Shown piece after piece: positions 20,418 to 31,465 of a DNA stretch of 64,000 nucleotides. How positions within the stretch are numbered: position 1 is the stretch's first letter; each line of letters starts with the position of its first letter. The translations under genes were made by a program, and so were the position numbers. The notes below the pieces were generated by a model that saw nothing but the letters and a program-made list of their open reading frames with translations, searched no databases and was not told the origin of the DNA. This DNA is from Macrostomum hystrix (taxonomy: Eukaryota > Animalia > Platyhelminthes), in contig CATNEN010000005.1 of assembly GCA_950097015.1 (NCBI GenBank), positions 4,650,001-4,714,000 of the forward strand. The letters are read 5' to 3'.

Positions 20418-23180
20418 GGTCAGTTTATTTGTAGGTTGTAAATAAATAAATTTAAGAAGTCAGTCAAGTATTAAAATTAAGCTGAAATTATCGATACCAA
20501 TATTCTAAATAAGATAAAGCTATTCTACTAAACTAAATGCTAATAGAAAAACGCTAACTGAGTATACTATGGAAAATTAAAAAACTAGAAAGTAGCATGT
20601 TTATATTGGCATCCAGCCATTATTGATTAATGAAATTATAGTTGCCAAGATATCTTGAACTTCTTGATAATACTAAGGCTTGTTGCAGTGAAGAGTTGAA
20701 CAAGTTTGCTTGCCAATTTGCTGTTTCTGGAGCCAACTGGTTAGTTGAGAAATAATTGTATGCAGTACTCCGCGCGAGAAGAGAAAATTTGATAGTCACG
20801 TTAGAAGCTTTTGTATTGTTTGGCAGCTAATAACAGTTGGATCGGGACGAAATGTACACCCGCAATGGTTCGCGTACATTAAAACGTTTAGCAAAACGCA
20901 AAAGGAACACGCCATCCAGTGAAATGAAAAATGGCTTTTCCAAATTCTCTCTCCTCAGCCAATGAGTGAAAATGATGGGGTGGATGGACTATATGAGGTG
21001 GCTGGCTAGGGTTGGGGGTTTGAAAACGTCCTTGGGGGCGTGGGTGGAGTGGAGTGGGACCATCTATTAACACACGCGAAGATAGGACGGGGCAGGGGGG
21101 TTTCCCATTCAGTCTGACGCACTCTCGCGCCACCACTCTTTATTAGGTGCTAGCGAACTCGGGGTGGCGGGTGGGGTTCCCCCCGTAGTGTTAGACTGGC
21201 TACGAATCTTAATTGAATTGATGTGTAACGAACTTAACTTGCGTACGAGGTTTCAATACGAGGCCAACGTCAACGTGGCGCTTAGCGTGCTTCACTTGCT
21301 GAATTTGAGTTAACACTTGCGTCTTGTGTGTGTGTCCATATAGTGTAAGCTATAAGCTGTCTCTTAATACAGTCTAACAACCTTTCATCACGCGCCGAAT
21401 GTACACTTTATCCCTTTACTTTATGTGTGTGTTACTTTATTATCTGCGTACTTGGCGAGTACTCGCGTGCGTTTTAAATCTCGTGGCTTCGGGTTGAGTG
21501 GCGTGATTCCAGAATTCTTGCAGAAAATATACCTTCTTTTTTAAGCAATTTTCTTTCCCTTCGAAATGAATGGGTGTGTCTCCATTTACTTTGCTATAGT
21601 GATTCGTATGACTAGCTTGTGTCTACTAAAATAGCATTAGAAACTAGCCTAACACTATAAGGCGACTAGTGAATAAAACAACATTTAACGATGTGTCGTA
21701 AGCTCATACCATGGACTCAAGCCTGCTTGTCTTGAGTAATTAAAACTAAGGACAAACAATGTTTAGTAAATATTTTTTACTTGTGCAGCGGCTATAATGT
21801 TCAGTACTGGCGTACTCAGTGAACTAAAATAATTGACCAACCCAGATTGTTAAATCTTAAGCATTCATCAATTATCACTAATCATTATCTATCAATCACT
21901 CAAAAGTTCATTCATTCTATGAAAGATTACAAGGATATCAAATTATCAATGTCAATAGATGCCAATGTCAAGGATATATGCAGATCATTAGAAATACCTG
22001 GCCAGGTCTCGTTGTGCTAAGGCAGCTAGATAGAGGAGGCCTAAGTATTAACAACACTCCTTCGCAAGTGCATACTGCGTAAATACTAAAATTCCAGAAA
22101 GGCTCATAAACGACGATTATATTTTGCTACTAGTCAGTGGTCACGCTATATTTATTCTGCTTGCACTTTTAAATTCATCAAAATTAGTGTTGCTACGAGA
22201 AACGATGTAAACGAGACGCGAATATCGTACGACTGCAATTTAGGTCGATAGGTTCGCCTATTTTTGTGTCACTCTCATTATAAAAAATATCACCATTATA
22301 CTCACTGTAAGTGAGTACCTACTCAATATACTTTAGGCGCTCACAACAACTTATAACTAAGACTCCAAGCTTGTGGATGAGTACATTGTAACTCTTTTGT
22401 TGAGTCATATCGTAGCATTTATGTTCTCAAATTCATCTTGCTTATCTATACTCTCCATATCATTCGTCACTCTTATATAAAATGTGCTCAGTCCTGTCCA
22501 TTTGTTTGTCCTTTCGCTATCAATCTATTAATTAACCTAGTTGGGACCCAGAAAGTCCTCTAAATACTGAAAGCTTTGTCTCCTTATTATTATGATCTGT
22601 AATACGTTCTGCTTATAGAATAACGCAAGCTGAGGTAGGCAACTCAATGCGCCATTCATCTCTCTCCCTCTCTAATAGTCTCTGTTGAGGCATTGTTTTC
22701 TTCTCCTGTTACCATGAGGACATGCTCAACAGGTGGCTTGAAGGGTTGGTGGTAGGCAGGTTTTCATTCTACCGCTCGCACTGGGGTGGTTGAGTTGAGT
22801 ACGTGTGTGAGTACCATATGAGACGCAGCGAAACGTTGACGTGTGCAGGGGTACATCTTTTCAATGCAGCTCAATAATGCATAAGTCTACATGACAGTGA
22901 AAAAGTTTACACAATCGTTTTTTTATGCATATGTTAGCATTGTAATGGTCCTATATGTCGAAACCATGAATCATATTTGCTCTTATGCTAAGATTCACAA
23001 TGTTGAGTTTAAACAGAGCTTTGACGACTTCTGTTTAATTAGTAGGCTCTGCCGAGGATTTAAAATCATTTTGAGATATTCCGTATTATTTAGCATACTG
23101 TAAATCCTTAAAAGCAACTTAAACCTAACAAAGTCTTAAAAATTCTAAGAAAATTCGACAGAATCTAAGAAAGCTAAGAA

Positions 23181-23368
23181 ATCTGGCCTGACTCGTCAGG
23201 CAGTGTACACTTTCACTTCACTGTGCCTTTTAGGTTGGCCATCAAGGGCGTAAATTGCACGACAAGCCTCCAAGCCTTCTCTCCGCGGCTGCGCCCCAAA
23301 TGAATGTGGCCTCGCCGCGGAATCGAACTCAGGGACCTTTGTGCGAGAGGCAAACGCGTTAGACCTCA
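23181..23368 (-). mobile_element. tRNA-derived SINE (family A), antisense copy
   Basis: Reverse complement of the 44997-45250 element (gccttctctccgcggctgcgcc, ggcctcgccgcggaatcga). Confidence 0.75.
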
Positions 23369-24129
23369 CATATATGAAAAATGGAAAAAATGCTTGAAAA
23401 GTATTCTGGTTTGCATTTAGTCGACAGCAATTGCAACCCTACAAATGCAATGTACTGCCTCATGAGTACTTTTATTAAAAACATGTTTTCCCCATTTTTG
23501 CAGCCTCTGTTATTGTAAATAAGACCAGCTAGAATCTAAATAATTTAACCCACAATAGTTAATGCCATTGGTCAGAAGAAAAATCTGAAATATAAAAGTT
23601 ACATTCGTGTAACAATAAAATAAGCAAGTTAGGGCAGTGTTTAATATCAGTGTCTAATCTCTGTGAAATATCAATGTCTAATCTCTGTGAAATCTCATTG
23701 TCTAATCTTAGTTTTTAAGCTATTTAAGCTATTCGAGCTGTTATATATTCTAGGCTAGTGGATGTTTAATGGTTTCCTACTAGCTGTAGAAGGTACATGT
23801 AGAAATAACCATGGACGAAAGAATAGAATGGAGTGCCAATCTGAGCCGGTTATTTTTGTTTCGCTCGATCTTCACTTTTAGCATCCCGTTCCCCCCGTTC
23901 CTTCCTATTGGCTCGTGACTGCCATAGACGAACTCGTTTTCGAATCTATTAGTTTATTGAACGGCATAGGCTGGTTCCAGATGGTAGTTCCTCTGGATAA
24001 AAGCGCTTACCGCGCCCATTGGCTTTCCAGCTGCCTTAATCGTTTCCGGTGATCTTGTGTGCGTGCTTTTAGCGTGATTGGCTGCGGCAAGCAAGCTCGA
24101 AAGAGCTCGCTTCGCTCGCTCTTTCTCGC

Positions 24130-24161
24130 TTTCTATATCTATCTATCTATCTATCTATCTA

Positions 24162-24251
<90 letters not shown>

Positions 24252-24252
24252 A
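24130..24252. repeat. (TCTA)n / (GATA)n microsatellite
   Basis: About 30 near-perfect tetramer copies. Confidence 0.97.
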
Positions 24253-24916
24253 CTATCTGAGACTGTAATAATGAGCTCCTAGTACTGTTAGTTTAGGAGA
24301 GGTAGTAAAAAAGTACATGCGGACTACCCACGCAATGGTGATGCAGTTAATGACAAGTCTCTTACCCCCTTTCGCACATAGACAAATCGATCAATGGAAA
24401 GTGCACGGCTTGCAAGTGCAACAACGCCATAGAAACTCATAAACGCCATAGTGCTATAGAAATGATGAACAATAGTGCCTTTGATGTCAATCCGACACTG
24501 TATGATGAGCTAAAGGGTTTCATATTTTTGCCAACATTCTATGGCTTTTAACTCAACCGTTGTTTTTCTTTTTGGCTATTACCCACAATTGATACCCACA
24601 GTCAGAGTTTGTCACTCAATATTTTTCAATCTGACTTATGCAAGGGCAAAACCTAAATGTTCGGTTTGTTATATTGATCCTGGATTAACTGGAAGAAAAT
24701 CTATTTAGATGAGATAAACTATCTTCTCTCTGTTAGCCTACTTTTGTGCTACGGATGTCCTATATTCTTTTTAGCTAGTAGTTTAGTTCTAGATAGCTTA
24801 TCTAAGGATCAATCTACAATTTAAATGAGCAAAATTCAATATTGAAAGCTAAATTTCAGCCAGTTTTAACACCCTGTCTATTTAAGATAAGGCAATATAA
24901 ATATATAACACTTCGT

Positions 24917-25085
24917 CAGATGTGCAGCCGACAGCACAGCCGCAGCTATTGCGCGGCGCATCTGAAGGCTGCGTACAGCTGTTCAGTCCATGGACTGGGG
25001 TGGGGGGACGCCACACCCGCCCTCAGATACCCTCAAATGATAAATGCTGGTACTCATTTATCAACTGGATGAACTGAAGCAATGG
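24917..25085 (-). mobile_element. SINE family B body and 3' part, antisense; partial second copy at 25417-25530
   Basis: The reverse complement contains cattgcttcagttcatccagttgataaatgagtacc, which overlaps cattgcttcagttcacccagct at the end of the 27300-27425 copy. cagatgtgcagccgacagcacagccgc is repeated at 25417. Confidence 0.6.
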
Positions 25086-25194
25086 GTAGATAACAACAAC
25101 AAATATGTTAGATAAACGTAAAGAATACTTATCACATGCTTATAATACTACTATCAATAATGTTCGCACTGATTTTTACTACCAATCCAATTAA

Positions 25195-25352
25195 AGTCCC
25201 TGAGCTCGAATCCGCAGAGAGACCGCATTAATTTTCGGGCGCAGGCGCGGAGAGAAGGCTTGGTGGCTTGTCGTGCAATTGAGGGCCAACCTTAAAGGCC
25301 TTAAAGGCCTTAGACTGCCCGACGGTGAGAAAGTCAGGGCAGATGTACACAC
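25195..25352 (+). mobile_element. tRNA-derived SINE (family A), 5'-truncated copy
   Basis: Shares gctcgaatccg, gcggagagaaggcttgg and gagaaagtcagggcagatgtacacac with 44997-45250. Confidence 0.7.
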
Positions 25353-25734
25353 TAGCTTTTTTGTTATGATGAAATAATCAAAGAATAATAATCGATTACA
25401 CCTGTCCCAATTGGGCCAGATGTGCAGCCGACAGCACAGCCGCAGCTATTGCGCGGCGCATCTGAAGGCTGCGTACGGCTGTTCATTCCAGGCACGGGGG
25501 GACACCACACCCGCCCTCAATTACCCCAGCTAATGCAAGGTTTGTCTAATCTCAGTAATTTCAATATAGGGATTGTAGCCTGGTAAGTTAGGGCGTCGGA
25601 CTGGGGGGGGGGGTTTCACATACTCGAAATTTCACAACGTCGAAAGCACCTTTCTTCACAAGGTCAAAATTTCACAACATCGAAAACTAAAATAGCAGCT
25701 ACCTTCACTAGGTCGAAACATCATAAGCTCGAAA

Positions 25735-26060
25735 CTTCATAAGCTCGAATTTTCATAAGCTCGAATTTTCATAAGCTCGAATTTTCATAAGCTCGAATTT
25801 TCATGAGCTCGAATTTTCATAAGCTCGAATTTTCATAAGCTCGAATTTTCATAAGCTCGAATTTTCATGAGCTCGAATTTTCATAAGCTCGAATTTTCAT
25901 AAGCTCGAATTTTCATAAGCTCGAATTTTCATAAGCTCGAATTTTCATAAGCTCGAATTTTCATAAGCTCGAATTTTCATAAGCTCGAAACTTCGTAAGC
26001 TCGAATTTTCACAACGTCGAAATATCACAACGTCAAAACTTTATAAGCCCGAAATTTTAT
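25735..26060. repeat. 16-bp minisatellite (aagctcgaattttcat)
   Basis: Near-perfect tandem copies. Confidence 0.95.
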
Positions 26061-27299
26061 AAGGTCGAAAGTGAGTAGAAATCTGGATTACTTAAATGAC
26101 TTTAAATATTTTAATTAAACAGGCTTTCCTCTGGTTTCCTTCATGTTTTGTTATTGTTGTTATATCAAGTGTCGAGCTAATCGATTTTAAAATTATGTTC
26201 CTATGTTCACTGTGTTCGGTTTTGAGGCGCGTGGGCGGTTCCCAATTTCACGGCTCATGGAATATACTTTAATAACCTATCGTAGGACTTGTTGTTTAGT
26301 TTCATCATTTATCATTTCATTCTGAAAAATTATATTTATCCCGTGCAGAGTCCTTATTTTGTTAAACATCATTCAATGCATTTTTTAGCAGGGTTGGTGC
26401 GGCTTGGCACTAAAATAATTGCTGTACAATGTAGATTTAAACCCCAATGTGGCTTAGTCCATTGTCTATGGTATGTAACGCTCTTTATTAAGTATAGAAT
26501 AATACCCCTCTGATTTCGTTTCTTTGGCCTAGGAAAGGCTGAGGACGCGTTTCTTGGCCGAGGCGAAGCCGAGGCCCAGAAGCGCAGTCCGAAGCCGTTC
26601 CAAGGCCATAGACAACGATTTCAGGGGGGGGTATTATAGTATTTAATTCTAAAGCTTGGCCCGGCTCACGAGATTGCAAACCTAAAACTGTTTACAGCAA
26701 CTGTGACCATAGACTATATGTTTAATCGGCTATTATATTAGGGGTATAATAGGCCGATTAAATAATAAATGCGCAAAATTAATAGCCAATAGGCCGGGCC
26801 AAGCTGGGGATTAAATGGCTGGCAAGGAATTCTTTTACGGCCAGACAGTGAAATCTGTCTGAAATAGAAGAAAAATACTTACGTTAAGAAGCCACACTTA
26901 GGTTCAAATATAATAACACCTGCCAAATTTGCTGCCTGTCCTAAGCTAACAAATTCGCGTTTAAAAGTGCGCACCCTATACAGTCTAACGAATAATCTAA
27001 GCAGCTTGTACGAGGTACATGCTACAGACCACTTTTTTTAAAGAATACTCAAGAACTTACTGATTGACGGCAGCGCACAACGCAATTGTTTCAGCACAAG
27101 AAATCCAAGGTAAATTCACTACTGGTCTAATCTTTTGGCAGCTAGTCCAGAGAGCGGCAGTTAAAATTGAAGACAAACTCAGAAGCTATATCAATATTCA
27201 ATTGTTATATTTTTGTTTCTATTTTCAGCATGGGACAAAAGCTCAGAGTAGTGCTTCATTTTCGTGATGAAAAAATTGCTTTTCGGTGTTGTGAAATTT

Positions 27300-27425
27300 C
27301 GAGCTTGTGATAGCAACCCGTCGGACTCATGACTTAAAGGTCGGGGGTTCGATTCCTGACTTCACTGGAACTATTTGTAATTTAAGACATTTAACTCTGC
27401 ATTGCTTCAGTTCACCCAGCTATTT
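27300..27425 (+). mobile_element. tRNA-derived SINE (family B), 5' part
   Basis: B-box ggttcgattcc followed by a body ending cattgcttcagttcacccagct. Confidence 0.55.
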
Positions 27426-28094
27426 CCATATACGAGGTATATGCATATTATTGTGTTTGCTCAAAAGTGACATGAGTTTAGATAGCTTTCTAGACCAGAT
27501 AGATGTATCTCTAACATAGTGTTAGATTGATGTACAATCAAGCAATCAAAATGTCAACGCAAATCTCACCAGTCTAGTGTAGCCAAACTTTTCGCAGCAG
27601 AAATAACGGAGATATTCAGTCTTTGATGATGTTCTTCTGTGTTGTCCAACCTTCATTTTCGTTCTCTTTGGCATTTACCAAAAAACTTACCAAAAATAGT
27701 GGAATTATATATAGCTTCGCGTGGGATAGACAAGACTGTACCAATAGCTAGGGACTTGCTTCTAACTTCAGAATCGACTGTTCAGTACTAGATATTCATA
27801 TGATATTCACGTATTGCATATAGCTGTATTCGTATACTCAACTGCTACAACTGCTACTGCCACTGGTCCCTGTAACCATTATAAACTTCAAATGCCACAG
27901 AATTTTCCTTTCATTCCTAAAACAAACTTGCTTCAACTGTTTCACCAATCGATACTAGTTTATTCCTAGTCTTGCTTCGAAAAGTGGTGCTGAGAACACT
28001 TTAACTCTTAAGCTAATTTTGGCTGGTTGCTTGGCATATCTGCCATGAATTACATTCAACCACACATGATTGTATGATCTACCGTTCTATAATA

Positions 28095-29325
28095 ATCTAC
28101 TCAGTGTGATCTACCCAAATCTACTCAGTGTGATCTATCCAAATCTACTCAGCGTGATCTATCCAAATCTACTCAGTGTGATCTACCCAAATCTACTCAG
28201 TGTGATCTAGCCAAATCTACTCAGTGTGATCTATCCAAATCTACTCAGTGTGATCTACCCAAATCTACTCAGTGTGATCTACAAAATCTACTCAGTGTGA
28301 TCTACCCAAACCTACTCAGTGTGATCTATCCAAATCTACTCAGTGTGATCTATCCAAATCTACTCAGTGTGATCTAGCCAAATATACTCAGTGTGATCTA
28401 GCCAAATCTACTCAGTGTGATCTATCCAAATCTACTCAGCGTGATCTATCCAAATCTACTCAGTGTGATCTATCCAAATCTACTCAGTGTGATCTATCCA
28501 AATCTACTCAGTGTGATCTAGCCAAATCTACTCAGTGTGATCTAGCCAAATATACTCAGTGTGATCTAGCCAAATCTACTCAGTGTGATCTATCCAAATC
28601 TGCTCAGTGTGATCTATCCAAATATACTCAGTGTGATCTAGCCAAATCTACTCAGTGTGATCTAGCCAAATATACTCAGTGTGATCTAGCCAAATCTACT
28701 CAGTGTGATCTATCCAAATCTGCTCAGTGTGATCTAGCCAAATATACTCAGTGTGATCTAGCCAAATCTACTCAGTGTGATCTACCCAAATCTACTCAGT
28801 GTGATCTATCCAAATCTGCTCAGTGTGATCTAGCCAAATCTACTCAGTGTGATCTAGCCAAATCTACTCAGTGTGATCTATCCAAATCTACTCAGTGTGA
28901 TCTATCCAAATCTACTCAGTGTGATCTATCCAAATCTACTCAGTGTGATCTATCCAAATCTACTCAGTGTGATCTAGCCAAATCTACTCAGTGTGATCTA
29001 GCCAAATATACTCAGTGTGATCTAGCCAAATCTGCTCAGTGTGATCTATCCAAATCTACTCAGTGTGATCTACCCAAATCTACTCAGTGTGATCTACCCA
29101 AATCTACTCAGTGTGATCTATCCAAATCTGCTCAGTGTGATCTATCCAAATCTACTCAGTGTGATCTATCCAAATCTACTCAGTGTGATCTAGCCAAATA
29201 TACTCAGTGTGATCTAGCCAAATCTGCTCAGTGTGATCTATCCAAATCTACTCAGTGTGATCTACCCAAATCTACTCAGTGTGATCTACCCAAATCTACT
29301 CAGTGTGATCTACAAAATCTACTCT
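28095..29325. repeat. 24-bp minisatellite (aaatctactcagtgtgatctatcc)
   Basis: About 50 tandem copies. Confidence 0.97.
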
Positions 29326-29595
29326 TAGTGAATGTACCCCACCCAGCCAGTCGAATCTATTCTCGAAACAAAATAGTCACAACTTACAGAGGAAATTTAA
29401 GTTTCTGAAGTCTAGAGTAACGCTTGAAATATTTTATTTAATTAAATGAACATTTTAGAAGCGTAACATTAGCTCATAAAAGTACATTTGGTTAGTAGGT
29501 TAATATAATTTAGGCTACTCGTTACTGTGTCTAATGTGTCAAAGTGTCAAATAAAAAAATATTTGATTAATAACATGCTTTGAAAAATAAACATT

Positions 29596-29835
29596 TCATC
29601 CAATCTTGTCACGGCGGTATTTGACTTCAATGGCAGGTTCATCTTCATCTGCAGCATTTGAAGATTCGGCCTCTTCAGCTTCGTTTTGTAGGTTGGCGTC
29701 GTCGAAATTCTCATTGCTGACAGGATCTTCTTCGGCGAAATCGGCCGTATCTTCTACGTCGTCGGTATCTTTGCAGGATTTCACAGCCACAGTCAGGATC
29801 AGTAGGCAAAGGGTCAGTTTCAGCAGATAGGCCAT
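29596..29835 (-). CDS. Small secreted acidic protein or propeptide, 79 aa
   Basis: Kozak-like aaaATGg, hydrophobic signal peptide (MAYLLKLTLCLLILTVAVKS), D/E-rich middle, ending KYRRDKIG*. TATA-like TATTTAAA at 29936-29929 and AATAAA about 160 nt after the stop (minus strand). Confidence 0.65.
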   Translation of the reverse strand: MAYLLKLTLCLLILTVAVKSCKDTDDVEDTADFAEEDPVSNENFDDANLQNEAEEAESSNAADEDEPAIEVKYRRDKIG

Positions 29836-30439
29836 TTTTAGTCCAACTGTACGCTAAACAGTAGCAAGCGAGCGAAACAGAACCAAAAAAGTCTATGAGA
29901 GTCGAAAGAAAATATAGAATCTTCTGCTTTTAAATACTCAAAACTATCATCTCATTATTAGTATCTGCGACGTATGCCGCACGAGACAAAACAGCCCCTA
30001 TAAGCCTTTTTTGTTGGTGAGAAGAAATTTTCTTTAGAGAAGGCTTGCTTTGCAGTAAACTCGAGAGATGGTTGAGTCACGAATTTGAGTCGGTCACGTG
30101 TCTCCATGCGCCCATGTCCCCATCTAGCTTCTTATTCATTCTATTAAGTATTGTCTTCTACGCTAACAAGGGGTAGTAAAATAGAATGGGCAAATAGCCA
30201 ACCTTAGCTAGTTTGCAGCTAAGCAATACCAACAATGATACTCGGGTGAATATACAAAAATGTAATCTAAGAGAATTTTATTGTTGGTTCATTCCACAGC
30301 ACTTAATTATTATTTGAAATGCTTGACTGTATGGAATACGCATCTGGATGCTCAACATTGCACAATACTAGAACTAAAAATAATGAAAGAGCAAAGAAGG
30401 ATAACTGCAGATCGCCTATGCATTTATAGCGTAGGCTAC

Positions 30440-30830
30440 TCAGTCTGATCTGCTTAGTCTACTCAGTCTGATCTACTCCGTTTACACAGTCTGATCTGCT
30501 TAGTCTACTCAGTCTGATCTACTTAGTCTACTCAGTCTGATCTACTTTGTCTACTCAGTCTGATCTACTTTGTCTACTTAGTCTGATTTACTTTGTCTAC
30601 TGAGTCCGATCTACTTAGTCAACTTAGTCTGATCTACTCCGTTTACTCAGTCTGATCTACTTAGTCTACTCATGTCTGATATACTATGTCTACTTAGTCT
30701 GATCTGCTTAGTCTACTCATGTCTGATATACTATGTCTAATTAGTCTGATCTGCTTAGTCTACTCAGTCTGATCTACTTAGTCTACCCAGTCTGATCTAC
30801 TTAATCTACTAATGTATGATCTACCCAATC
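30440..30830. repeat. 23-bp minisatellite (tagtctactcagtctgatctact)
   Basis: Copies start at 30501 and 30524. Confidence 0.9.
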
Positions 30831-31196
30831 TAAGAAATGACATTAGTATTAATATATTTATTTATATATTAATAAATATCTACTTCTAGTAAAGCATAGT
30901 TAATAATAAACCAATTCATTGCTACGGAGCATATTTCTAACAAAATACGGACACTGGTTAGGCCTAAGCCTGAAAGCCAGCAAGCAAAACAAAAGCGAAT
31001 ATCGTCAGAGATTTCTCGTAGGACTTTGACTTTATAGTTTGCTTAAGTGCATTGGTACACAATGGCCCCTGTCACACATTGCATTTCTGCTTTTTTCTAG
31101 ATCGATTCATTTGATCGTGCGCTTATCGGGTGCGCTTGCGTATTTGCCCACTAGGATTGTGTTTGCTGAAGTTTCCGGGACCCAGCATTGCATTTG

Positions 31197-31210
31197 GTTG
31201 CTATGGTAAC
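31197..31210. promoter_or_regulatory. RFX X-box motif GTTGCTATGGTAAC
   Basis: Exact fit to the X-box consensus RTHNYYWTRRNRAC, about 255 bp upstream of the TRP-like ATG. Confidence 0.55.
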
Positions 31211-31465
31211 CAGCCGCAGCGATGCTTTATTAGCAGCAAAACGGGGCACTGCAGAAAAAATTTTGTGACTGAAAAATAGTCTACTTTATTGTTTGTCCTG
31301 TACACGGGAAATCAAATTTCTTACATGACCAACGGGTCATTTGTCGGTGCTTTCAGCTGTAGATCTAGTGTGTAAATTGTAGAACCAATCTGGATTAGCC
31401 ACCAGAAATCATCCAGAGCAAGCAAGCAGAATTTTATCAAAACAAACTCAGCTCATTGTTCTCTC

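Noticed and set aside
20750-23100. Short ORFs and GC-rich patches upstream of MFSD2
   Set aside because: No recognisable domain, splice-consistent frame or terminal repeats; probably decayed repeats or regulatory DNA.
24095-24252. gctcgcttcgctcgc next to (TCTA)n as a Helitron/Helentron end
   Set aside because: Only a vague resemblance; no second terminus or additional copy is visible.
28095-29325. Regular 24-33-bp repeats as CRISPR arrays
   Set aside because: The units abut directly with no unique spacers, there are no cas genes, and the context is eukaryotic.
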